The notes under the pieces: model-generated
What the model saw: only the letters and a program-made list of their open reading frames with translations
Databases searched by the model: none
What the model was told of the DNA's origin: nothing
Position numbers and translations under genes: made by a program
Shown here: positions 19,730 through 28,082 of the stretch, piece by piece
How positions within the stretch are numbered: position 1 is the first letter of the stretch
Layout of the letters: each line of letters opens with the position of its first letter
Assembly: GCA_030693205.1 (NCBI GenBank)
Contig: JAUYBG010000006.1
Location: 4,015 to 68,014, forward strand
Source: a bacterium
GTDB taxonomy: Bacteria; Patescibacteriota; Minisyncoccia; JAHIHE01
Length of the DNA: 64,000 nt
Direction of reading: 5' to 3'

Positions 19730-20447
19730 TCATTTTAAAAGCTGAGTTACTAGCGCCACCATCTGATCTTTTTCTTTCGGCTTGCTTTCGGCGATAAGAA
19801 TCGCCAAGGCCGTTAAAGCGTTGTCGTTGATTTTTCTTTCTCCGTTTTCCCGATACAAATAATCGTTTTTATCCAAAAAATAAACAAACATAAAAGAGCC
19901 GATGCGCTTGTTGCCATCGGAAAACGGATGGTCTTTCACGGTTAAATACAAAAGATGCGCCGCTTTTTCTTCGGTGCTGAAAATCAATCGCGCTCTGTAA
20001 TTCTTTGAATTTGCTTTTAGCTTCCAAAAGTCGTTTTTCATTTACAGCATAACCCTTAATCAAATAATCTTTAACTATCTTAGTCGCCCAAATTCTGAAT
20101 TGAGTAGCTCTTTCCGAATTTATGCGATAACCGACGGAAATAATTGCATCAAGATTATAAAACTGGGTTTTATAGATTTTTCCATCGGCGGCAGTATGTT
20201 CCAAAATGGAACTAACTGAATTTTTATTTAGCTCGGCAGTTTTAAAGATATTGCGGAGATGCTTGGTAATTGCCGGCCTTTGCGTGCCAAAAAGCAAAGC
20301 AATTTGAGATTGCGTTAACCAAATAGTTTCATTATCAAGTTTTACTTCAATTTGAATATCGCCGCCTTTGGGCTTATAGATGACAATTCCGCCTCTGTTG
20401 AATTGTTCGAGTTTTTTCTTTTTTAGCATAGTTTTTATGACTCGCAT
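19730..20447 (-). pseudogene. RhuM-family N-terminal domain fused to a Doc/Fic-type toxin domain. The gene is interrupted by a frameshift (ORFs 19869-20447 and 19730-20041 overlap in different frames).
   Basis: The N-terminal part aligns with the full-length RhuM at 28057-29061 (WLTQ..IA.LF...R..I..HL.NI, VGYR..S...TQFR.WAT). The C-terminal ORF carries the Doc-type motif HPFSDGNKRIG. The two frames overlap by about 170 nt. Confidence 0.55.
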
Positions 20448-20530
20448 TATCTTCCGTCTAATCTCTCTTCAATTTAAAATTTAATTCTCGCGAAAGATTC
20501 GCTTGAAAATTATCTCCGGCGATTTTGGGT

Positions 20531-20598
20531 TTGATTAGATCTTTGGAAAATTTTGGGTCCGGATTTTCAATATGAATTGATTTTAAAGATTTTTTAAA
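20531..20598. repeat. 68-bp direct repeat, copy B (mate of 19636-19703). It lies upstream of the RhuM/Doc gene.
   Basis: See copy A. Confidence 0.7.
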
Positions 20599-20660
20599 TC
20601 TTGTAAGCAATTCTCAAAAATATTAAAAAGCGCTTAGTGCCTCATTTCCACTTTATATTA

Positions 20661-23600
20661 TTAAGAAATAATTTTTATAATATCCTTAGTAACTAATTTT
20701 CTATCACGCTTTTCACTAATCCAATCGCTATATTTAACTCTGTAAAATACCCACCCTGCAGCTTCAAGTACACGCTGGCGTTCTTCGTCGCTTTCAATAT
20801 GAATACCGTACGCCTCGTCTATTTCGTCTTTGAAATGAGAAGGGCCATCGCACTCAACCGCAATACGCTTACCCGTATTTGTATTACTCACAACAAAATC
20901 AATCTTGAAACCGCAACTTTCAACTTGATTCTGAATTTTATAGCCGCGTTTTAGATTTGCACGCATAAGATTGAAAAATTCTTCCTCAAAATATGAATCA
21001 AATGGCTTGAGATCGGTTGAATAAAACGCAACTTCTCCATTTTCTTGCACATACTCAAGATATTTCTTGAGCCAGATTTTTTCTGGCATTTCTTGCGTAG
21101 ACAAACTAACGAAACAATGCACCTGTAATCTTGCGCGCGAAAAAGCGACATTAACTCTGCCTTTGTTTATATCGGCGCGTATATCTCCGCCCTCACCAGT
21201 TAGCGGAACATATTTGTTTTTTTGTTCAGGCGTCCTAATAACAAATGAATAAATTACAATATCTTTCTCGTCGCCTTGAATGCCCTCAATAATACTCACC
21301 TTGTAATTGTCGTCTTCTTCCTTAAAACCTTCCTTCTCAAAGAGATTGCGAATATAAGTCGCTTGAGCATTAAAGAAAGATAAAATGCCGATAGATTTAT
21401 CGCGATAGCGTTCGTCATCCCGCAACTCTTTGAATAGGTTTAATATCGCCTTTGCTTCAGCGATATTTACATTATCTGAAAATTCCTCGCTCCAATCTGA
21501 TTTTATTTCATGAACAAGCATTATGCGGTTTGTGTCTTTGTAGGTTAGATAATTACTATTGATTGAAATTAATTCTTTACCTTTAGGTTTATAAAAATAT
21601 TTATTACTAAAGCCAATCAATTCTACCGCAGAACGATAATGGTAATGTAAGGGTTTTTCCATAAAACCACGATTTTTTGCAATATCTAAAACGGACTGAA
21701 CGGCATCGCCTGTCGCTTTGATTTGTTTATCTACTGGTATTTTATATGTATGCGCGAGTTGATCAAAAAACTTATTTGATTTAAACATTATCGTACTATC
21801 GCGCATTTGCTCGCTATCGCCAACAAATAAAACTCTATTTGTGCGATACATAACCGGTAAAGTGTAAGCAACGTTGCATTGCGATGCTTCGTCTAAAATT
21901 ACGTAGTCAAAAATTCCGGCTTCAAGCGGAATAATACGGCTTGCGTCATCAAGTTCCATAATCCAAACGGGAATTAAATCCAAAATTGCATTAAAATTAT
22001 TTACATCTTTTCGGAGATTATCAAACGTCTTAAACGCTTTTTTTGATTTTCCGAAAGCTTTTGCTAACTTGTTAACTATTTGCCTAATTGTTATCCCTTC
22101 TTTCCATTTTTTAAGAATTCCTTCATTGATAATATTCTGGATATAAAGTCCAACGCGCTTAACCCGTTCCTGTTCGGTGTGCTTTAACGCAGAACCTATT
22201 TTATTAATACTGTCTGTTTTTGCCAATTTCTGTAATTCCGATTTAATTTCCTGTGTTCGTAAGATTTTATTTTTAATTTCTTCTAAATTGGCAATTGCGG
22301 TGTTGTCAATTTTTCTATCTAAAATTTCAAACTCATCATCAGAAACTCCGCAAGTACTCAATTTTTGTCGCAATTTTTCCTCGGCATTTTCCAAACATTG
22401 AATATTTTCATAGTAACAACAATGATTATAAAGACAATCGAGCGTTTTTGCTTGTTCATTCCGCGACATACTACTTATCAAAATTTTATCTATGTAATCG
22501 ATAATTTCTCGTGGCAATTTTTTTCGAACATTACCAAGCCGAAAATTGCGACTAACATTGTTAATCTTGCGAAAAAAGTTTGAATGTCGATCGTATCCAG
22601 TTTTCGCAACATCATCTCTTAATTTCCCTATGGCCTCGGCAAAATGTTCGCCATTTAGATTAAGGACAGAAAGAAGATGGTCAAGTTCTTTTTTTTCGTC
22701 GCTTCGCTCATATTTTCTGATAATTTTGCCGATTGTTTCTATCTCTGCTTTTGCATTTTTAATTTCTCGCCATTCGTCAGATGAAAAACTTCTTGCAAAA
22801 CATCCAAAATCAGAAATATCTATATCGTATTCTTTAAGTTGTAATAACTCTTGATGAAGTTGGTATATTTTTCTTTGAATAGTGATAATTTCATTAAGAG
22901 CTTCCCGATTTTTTTCTTTTTCCCCAACAATTTGATCAATTGCCGGAATTGATATGTTTTTTCCACTATATTCTACTAAATGCCTTCTTGCGTTAAATTT
23001 ATAACCAAGTTTTTCAATATGGGAACCGAGTGCACTTAATTGTGGCGCTATTCCATCTGCTTCGTCTTCTTCCCCAATTTGTGCTGAATTTGGATTGGGC
23101 AGATAGCCGAATAAATATTTTACATCAAGCTTTTTGAGTTTATCTTTTACAACTTTGAGAGCTTGCGCTTTTTGACTAACAAAAAGCACGCGATTGCCAG
23201 TAGCGGCAAGATGACAAAGTATATTTGAAATTGTTTCTGACTTACCGGTTCCAGGTGGCCCTTGAATAATCGCCCCTTTATTGCCAAGAATTGAAAGAGT
23301 GGAAAGTTGGTATTTGTCGTAGAGAAATGGAAAATATAAATCTTTTTCATGGGGAGTTTCACCCTCAACGTTTAACTCATCGTTTTGTGTCCAGCTCGTA
23401 AGTGCGGTTTTAGCAAGTTCTTCTTCTGTTAGCTGGGAGAGTTTGGCTAAATCTTCAGCAAGAAAATAATTCGCCTTTGGGCTTAAGGCAATTTTAATTT
23501 CTTCAAGCGAAAAAGATTTTTCATCAAAATTAGCGTTTTTAAGTCGTAATTGGGCTTTTATTTTGTGCCAAATTTCTTTAAAAATTAATAAATCAGTTAT

Positions 23601-24233
23601 GGGCAAAGAAAATTGCCCTTCAATTTCATATTTACCCATTTCTTCCAAAAGCTGAAAATATAAATCCTCGCCAAGTATTGGTTCCAACATTCCTATATTT
23701 ACTTGGACTTCTGGATCAACAAAATAAATAGAGTACTCTTTAGCGCCAGTTTTTTTGTTAAATTCTTGTTCTATTTTTACTGGCAATGAAAAAAGTGGAT
23801 AACGGTCAATTTTAGTTTTAACTGGTTTTTCTTCCACATTTTCCTCTTGTTCTTCTGATGAAATAATATCGCCATTGCTTTCAATGGGAATTTCAATTTC
23901 AAAATACCCAAAACTTAATATGATCTGCTTTGTGTATTGATCATTTTTATATTTGCTATAAATATCGTCTATTTTATTTGCCAGCTCTTTTTCCTTTTCG
24001 TACTCGTCCATTTCATCTTTGGGAACATCCTTTGGATCATATTTGTAAAAAGTTTTTAGATCAATCAATTCTGCGATTTTTTCATCCGTGTCTCCGTTCA
24101 ATAAACCAAGTAATCCAAAAAGTTCTGCTGGTAGAATAACAGAATATTTTTGCTGTGCCAATATCGTATGTGCTCGGGTTAATTTTATATAACCAAGACA
24201 ATACTTAATGAAATTTGAAAGGTTATTGTCCAT
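20661..24233 (-). CDS. SF1 (Upf1/DNA2-like, AAA_11/AAA_12) helicase with an N-terminal DUF4011-like region and a C-terminal DUF559-type PD-(D/E)xK endonuclease domain. Putative defence helicase-nuclease.
   Basis: LYFPF...IIQGPPGTGKSETISNI is a DUF4011-to-Walker-A junction. A long coiled-coil insert follows. Motif II is YVILDEASQ, and helicase C-terminal motifs are present. The last ~110 aa read KIDFVV...KRIAVECDGPSHF...AGW.FYR, the DUF559/Vsr-like nuclease signature. Confidence 0.75.
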   Translation of the reverse strand: MDNNLSNFIKYCLGYIKLTRAHTILAQQKYSVILPAELFGLLGLLNGDTDEKIAELIDLKTFYKYDPKDVPKDEMDEYEKEKELANKIDDIYSKYKNDQYTKQIILSFGYFEIEIPIESNGDIISSEEQEENVEEKPVKTKIDRYPLFSLPVKIEQEFNKKTGAKEYSIYFVDPEVQVNIGMLEPILGEDLYFQLLEEMGKYEIEGQFSLPITDLLIFKEIWHKIKAQLRLKNANFDEKSFSLEEIKIALSPKANYFLAEDLAKLSQLTEEELAKTALTSWTQNDELNVEGETPHEKDLYFPFLYDKYQLSTLSILGNKGAIIQGPPGTGKSETISNILCHLAATGNRVLFVSQKAQALKVVKDKLKKLDVKYLFGYLPNPNSAQIGEEDEADGIAPQLSALGSHIEKLGYKFNARRHLVEYSGKNISIPAIDQIVGEKEKNREALNEIITIQRKIYQLHQELLQLKEYDIDISDFGCFARSFSSDEWREIKNAKAEIETIGKIIRKYERSDEKKELDHLLSVLNLNGEHFAEAIGKLRDDVAKTGYDRHSNFFRKINNVSRNFRLGNVRKKLPREIIDYIDKILISSMSRNEQAKTLDCLYNHCCYYENIQCLENAEEKLRQKLSTCGVSDDEFEILDRKIDNTAIANLEEIKNKILRTQEIKSELQKLAKTDSINKIGSALKHTEQERVKRVGLYIQNIINEGILKKWKEGITIRQIVNKLAKAFGKSKKAFKTFDNLRKDVNNFNAILDLIPVWIMELDDASRIIPLEAGIFDYVILDEASQCNVAYTLPVMYRTNRVLFVGDSEQMRDSTIMFKSNKFFDQLAHTYKIPVDKQIKATGDAVQSVLDIAKNRGFMEKPLHYHYRSAVELIGFSNKYFYKPKGKELISINSNYLTYKDTNRIMLVHEIKSDWSEEFSDNVNIAEAKAILNLFKELRDDERYRDKSIGILSFFNAQATYIRNLFEKEGFKEEDDNYKVSIIEGIQGDEKDIVIYSFVIRTPEQKNKYVPLTGEGGDIRADINKGRVNVAFSRARLQVHCFVSLSTQEMPEKIWLKKYLEYVQENGEVAFYSTDLKPFDSYFEEEFFNLMRANLKRGYKIQNQVESCGFKIDFVVSNTNTGKRIAVECDGPSHFKDEIDEAYGIHIESDEERQRVLEAAGWVFYRVKYSDWISEKRDRKLVTKDIIKIIS

Positions 24234-24344
24234 AATATTACTTCTTTTTCCTTCTTAAGCTTTATTAATCGCAATCTTACCCCAATTTGGGCTTAAAATT
24301 AATGAAAAAACGGCTGAAGAGCAAAGTTACGGATTTTCTCGTAT

Positions 24345-24529
24345 TTTTCCACCAGCGCTTTAATTTTTTCTTTGGCTTGTTGTTGCGTAATTGTTTTCCT
24401 TAAACTAAACTTCTACATTATCTTACCCCAAAACCTCCATAAAATCAAATAAAAAAATCCGGCGAATTTAATATTTCACCGGCTTGTCTTTTGGCAAATA
24501 ATTCATTTCTTGCCTTTTTTCAAAATCTT
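24345..24529. repeat. ~185-bp direct repeat, copy 1 (about 98% identical to 27896-28082). It carries a TTGATT-N17-TAAGAT promoter pointing at the helicase gene, and it also encodes the C-terminus of the ATPase fragment.
   Basis: Alignment of 24345-24529 with 27896-28082 shows only about three mismatches. Confidence 0.85.
24410..24438 (-). promoter_or_regulatory. Sigma70-like promoter (TTGATT-17-TAAGAT) inside repeat copy 1, about 180 nt upstream of the helicase-nuclease ATG.
   Basis: Minus-strand read: TTGATTttatggaggttttggggTAAGAT. The same module sits upstream of the rhuM ATG (29090-29118), and with TATAAT upstream of murC. Confidence 0.5.
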
Positions 24530-24722
24530 GCCTTTGCACTACTTCGTTCATCTGTAAATATCTTTGGGCTGAAATTCTTTTTGTAGGACTATTTACCTGT
24601 TCAAGCTTTGACCCGAATCTGGTTTTACCAGCCCCGTTTGCACCAATAATTACCATATTTTTTTCAATTATTATAGTTTCTTGTTCGCTACTATTAGATT
24701 TTGGAATTTGAATATTTTTCAT
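24468..24722 (-). pseudogene. Truncated N-terminal fragment of an AAA_15/AAA_21-type ATPase (Walker A only).
   Basis: IIGANGAGKTRFGSKLEQ is a P-loop, followed by about 40 aa and then a stop. The last ~20 codons are read from the 185-bp repeat, in a different frame from the RhuM copy. A full ATPase would exceed 350 aa. Confidence 0.55.
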
Positions 24723-24867
24723 ATCTTTTTATTTTCTATAATCTTAATTTCCTCTTCTGTCAACCCATACAGCTCATAAACTTTTTGGTCAATTCTTTTT
24801 AAATTAATATTTTTAATTCGACACTCAATTTTTAAACATAATCTATTTTATACTATCATCCTAAATT

Positions 24868-25626
24868 TTATTTTGACAGTTTAATTAAAATTTTAATAAT
24901 TTCTATAATATCGTGGTTATGCCTCTTAGAACACATGGCAAAAATTTTCATTATGTCAAACAACACATCCGCATTATTTTTGTTTATTATATATTCTAGT
25001 ATATCACTATTTTTCGAAGAATGTCCTATCAAACCGGAATAATTGCTAAATGATTTAATTGGTATGCAAAAATATACCATCGGTTGAACACCCGTTGCAT
25101 ATTGTTGTTTTTGTATAGATACCTCTACTTGCGTATTGTCGGCCGTTTGAATCATAAAAAGAGTTGGCAGTTTTATACTTGTTTCTTCAAAATTCATTCC
25201 ATTAAGAACTATTTTTGAGTTATGTTCAATTGCAATTTTTTTGTCATCTATAAAATCATTATATTTTTTAATTTCCTCCAATAACTTAGTAATTTTTTCA
25301 ATTGATACCAAGCCAACTTGTATTCCATCATAAATAAGTTCGGAAAGTTCATAAAGATATTTTGTTTTGCCGTTAGCGCCGATAAAAGTTAATCGTTTTA
25401 ACCTTGTGTCTTTTTTGCCATTCACAACATCATTTACAACAGCATCGTAGCCGATTTGCCATTCAAGATATACACTCTCGTCAAAATTTCTTGTTCTAGC
25501 GGCAAAAGTATCGCCAAACTGCAAATTATTCTTTCTCGTCTTAAATCTAAATTTTCCAGAATTTGATGCGGGAATTTTTATAATTATTTCCTTATTTTTT
25601 GTAATATAATCCATATATATTTTCAA
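24868..25626 (-). CDS. Hypothetical 252-aa protein (ORF-A). A candidate restriction endonuclease or effector partner of the adjacent methyltransferases.
   Basis: No recognisable motif. It is co-directional with ORF-B with a 4-nt overlap, and divergent from the two MTase genes. Confidence 0.35.
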   Translation of the reverse strand: MKIYMDYITKNKEIIIKIPASNSGKFRFKTRKNNLQFGDTFAARTRNFDESVYLEWQIGYDAVVNDVVNGKKDTRLKRLTFIGANGKTKYLYELSELIYDGIQVGLVSIEKITKLLEEIKKYNDFIDDKKIAIEHNSKIVLNGMNFEETSIKLPTLFMIQTADNTQVEVSIQKQQYATGVQPMVYFCIPIKSFSNYSGLIGHSSKNSDILEYIINKNNADVLFDIMKIFAMCSKRHNHDIIEIIKILIKLSK

Positions 25627-25970
25627 TAATTAATTGCTTTATTTATTATTTTTTTAAATTCTTTTGTAATGTCCTTAACGGAATTGATTTTTATACTATA
25701 ATTTATTCCCGGATATTGCATATAGCTAGCACTAACAAAACCGGGCATGTTCGGTTTATCTTTTAGCGAAAAACCGACATCAAGCTGAATTCCTGATAGT
25801 GTTTTACCTCTATAATATATAACAAAAACCATTTTGTCTTCTATGAAATAGCTAACATAAATTGGAAAAACCCGATAATCTATACTGGGGCTGCTAAACA
25901 TAATAATTTGATGTAATTTATCAAAGACTAGCCATTTGTCGCCCATTTTTTTTCTTAAATCTTCCAACAT
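25623..25970 (-). CDS. Hypothetical 115-aa protein (ORF-B), translationally coupled to ORF-A.
   Basis: ATGA overlap with ORF-A. A TAAGAT -10-like box lies 12 nt upstream of its ATG. No known domain was recognised. Confidence 0.35.
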   Translation of the reverse strand: MLEDLRKKMGDKWLVFDKLHQIIMFSSPSIDYRVFPIYVSYFIEDKMVFVIYYRGKTLSGIQLDVGFSLKDKPNMPGFVSASYMQYPGINYSIKINSVKDITKEFKKIINKAINY

Positions 25971-26035
25971 ATAGTTATTTTATCTTAATCTTGCCTAAAA
26001 ATCTATTAAGCCATTTTCTCAATTGATTTTCTTAA

Positions 26036-26064
26036 TTGATTTTTTGCTTAATATTTGATATTAT
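26036..26064 (+). promoter_or_regulatory. Sigma70-like promoter TTGATT-17-TATTAT for the MTase operon, preceded by an 11-bp direct repeat (caattgatttt x2) that may be an operator.
   Basis: TTGATTttttgcttaatatttgaTATTAT lies 49 nt before the 26113 ATG. The direct repeats are at 26019-26030 and 26032-26043. Confidence 0.45.
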
Positions 26065-26112
26065 AAGTATAGAGCAGATTTTCATATTCTGCAATAATAG
26101 GGTAAAAATTTC

Positions 26113-26751
26113 ATGCAAAGTAATATTTTAAATACAATTCAAAACATTGATTGTTTGGAGGGATTTAAAATAATTCCCGACAGCTCAATTGATCTTATTT
26201 TAACAGACCCGCCCTATGGATTAAATAAAACTGGGATAAAAAATGACCACGACCTAAGTTTATTTTATTTGTCTTTGCCAGAAAGCCATAGAGTATTAAA
26301 AAATGATTCTTTTTATATCACTTTTTTTAGCACAAAATTTTTACCGGATATTTTCAAAAATAATCCTTTTCGGTATTTTTGGAATTTCATTTTATACTGT
26401 CCGAACGGAAGTGTAATGTCACCTATTGGTTTTACTAAATATATGTCCTGCGTTGTTTTTAAAAAAGGTAATCCTAAGTTGATCAAAAGAGGTAAAGATA
26501 TTTTTCTAGACACACCGGGCAGAATGATTGAACCAGATGAAGGATTCATAAACCACCCTACGCCAAAACCCAAAACATTCATAAAAGAATTACTAATGCT
26601 TTTTTCAAAAGAAAATGACATTATCCTTGATCCGTTTATTGGAAGCGGAAGTACGGCAGTCGCTTGTAAACAATTGAAAAGAAATTATATAGGTTTTGAA
26701 ATTAGCAATGATTATTGCAACTTAGCAAACGAGAGATTAAAAAAATTTTGA
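26113..26751 (+). CDS. DNA N6-adenine / N4-cytosine methyltransferase, beta-class (motif IV precedes motif I).
   Basis: DLILTDPPYG (motif IV, DPPY) appears near the N-terminus. LDPFIGSGSTAVAC (motif I, FxGxG) appears near the C-terminus. 212 aa. Confidence 0.8.
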   Translation: MQSNILNTIQNIDCLEGFKIIPDSSIDLILTDPPYGLNKTGIKNDHDLSLFYLSLPESHRVLKNDSFYITFFSTKFLPDIFKNNPFRYFWNFILYCPNGSVMSPIGFTKYMSCVVFKKGNPKLIKRGKDIFLDTPGRMIEPDEGFINHPTPKPKTFIKELLMLFSKENDIILDPFIGSGSTAVACKQLKRNYIGFEISNDYCNLANERLKKF

Positions 26752-26752
26752 T

Positions 26753-27883
26753 ATGAATAATAAACAAGAAATTTTAGGCCAATATTTTACCAAAATTGAA
26801 ATTGTCAGAAATTTGGTAGATTTAGTTTTATCAAACAAACATTATAAAAATAGCATTAAAATACTTGAACCTTCTTTCGGAACCGGAAATTTTATCAAAG
26901 CACTAAAAGAGAAGAATCTTTCCAATATTGAAGGCTGTGAAATTGACGAAGAGTTAACCAAAAATCCGTCAGATTTTTTTAATATGCCTTTTGAGAAAAA
27001 ATACGACTTAATCATCGGCAATCCGCCTTTTAGTAAATATAATTTAAAAGAAAGCTACTTTAATATAAACAAACATCTTAAATTTAACGCATTAGCTTCT
27101 GTTTATTTAACAAAAAATGAGCTAAGAAAAGATAAAGAAAAAATTGAGAACATTTTTTTGCTCAAAAGCTTAAAACATTTACAAGATAATAATTCATCTA
27201 TTGGTTTTGTCTTACCCATCTCATTTTTTATAAAAAATAGAAATAAATCCATAAAAAATGAATTATTAAAATATTTTTCTACCATTATCATTTATCAAAA
27301 CGATAAGGTTTGGTTCGATAAAAATATTCCCTGTTGTTTTGCTGTTTTTACCAATTCCGACAAACTAAAAAATAAAATTGTTTTAATATATGAAAATGGT
27401 AAAAAAAATAAAGAAGTATTTAGCATAAATAATATCCATGAAGAATTAATTCCCCAAGTTGTTTATCATAAAAACAATGGGTATATAAAAAATGACATAG
27501 GAACGCCTTTGTCGGAATTTTTTGAAACAAAAAAGATAAATATAAAAAAATCATACGAGGAAAATAATATTTCGGCAAAAAATATTCTTGAAAAAAATAT
27601 AATTCCAGAAAATAAACTCACTGAAAATTATAAAATTGCTGTCGTGAGAGTCGGAAATTCCAGTGTCGGAAAGTGTGGTTTGATAAACGAAAAAGAAGAT
27701 ATTTTAAATGATATGTTTTATATCTTTGATGTAAAAAATCAATATATTAAAAATAAACAAATAAAAGAAAATATCTGTCGTCAAATAAATAAAAATATTG
27801 ATTATTTTAGAAATATAACTTGCCGAGTTGGGAGTAAATCAATTAAAAAAGAGGATATTTATAATTTTAAAGTTAGCATTTAA
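26753..27883 (+). CDS. DNA N6-adenine methyltransferase, gamma-class (TaqI-like) with a C-terminal target-recognition region.
   Basis: QYFT near the N-terminus, ILEPSFGTGNF (motif I) and IIGNPPF (motif IV, NPPF) in gamma order. It starts 2 nt after the upstream MTase stop. Confidence 0.75.
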   Translation: MNNKQEILGQYFTKIEIVRNLVDLVLSNKHYKNSIKILEPSFGTGNFIKALKEKNLSNIEGCEIDEELTKNPSDFFNMPFEKKYDLIIGNPPFSKYNLKESYFNINKHLKFNALASVYLTKNELRKDKEKIENIFLLKSLKHLQDNNSSIGFVLPISFFIKNRNKSIKNELLKYFSTIIIYQNDKVWFDKNIPCCFAVFTNSDKLKNKIVLIYENGKKNKEVFSINNIHEELIPQVVYHKNNGYIKNDIGTPLSEFFETKKINIKKSYEENNISAKNILEKNIIPENKLTENYKIAVVRVGNSSVGKCGLINEKEDILNDMFYIFDVKNQYIKNKQIKENICRQINKNIDYFRNITCRVGSKSIKKEDIYNFKVSI

Positions 27884-27895
27884 AGCAACAATGCC

Positions 27896-28082
27896 CTTTT
27901 TCCACCAGCGCTTTAATTTTTTCTTTGGCTTGTTCTTGCATAATTGTTTTCCTTAAACTAAACTTCTACATTATCTTACCCCAAAACCTCCATAAAATCA
28001 AATAAAAAAAATCCGGCGAATTTAATATTTCACCGGCTTGTCTTTTGGCAAATAATTCATTTCTTGCCTTTTTTCAAAATCT
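27896..28082. repeat. ~185-bp direct repeat, copy 2. It overlaps the last 8 codons and 3' flank of rhuM, and contains a promoter module plus the start of a short ORF (MQEQAKEKIKALVEK...).
   Basis: See copy 1. Confidence 0.85.

Noticed and set aside
19869-20447. Treating ORFs 19869-20447 and 19730-20041 as two independent genes.
   Set aside because: They overlap by about 170 nt in different frames. Together they reconstitute a RhuM-N plus Doc-C architecture, so a single frameshifted gene is more parsimonious.
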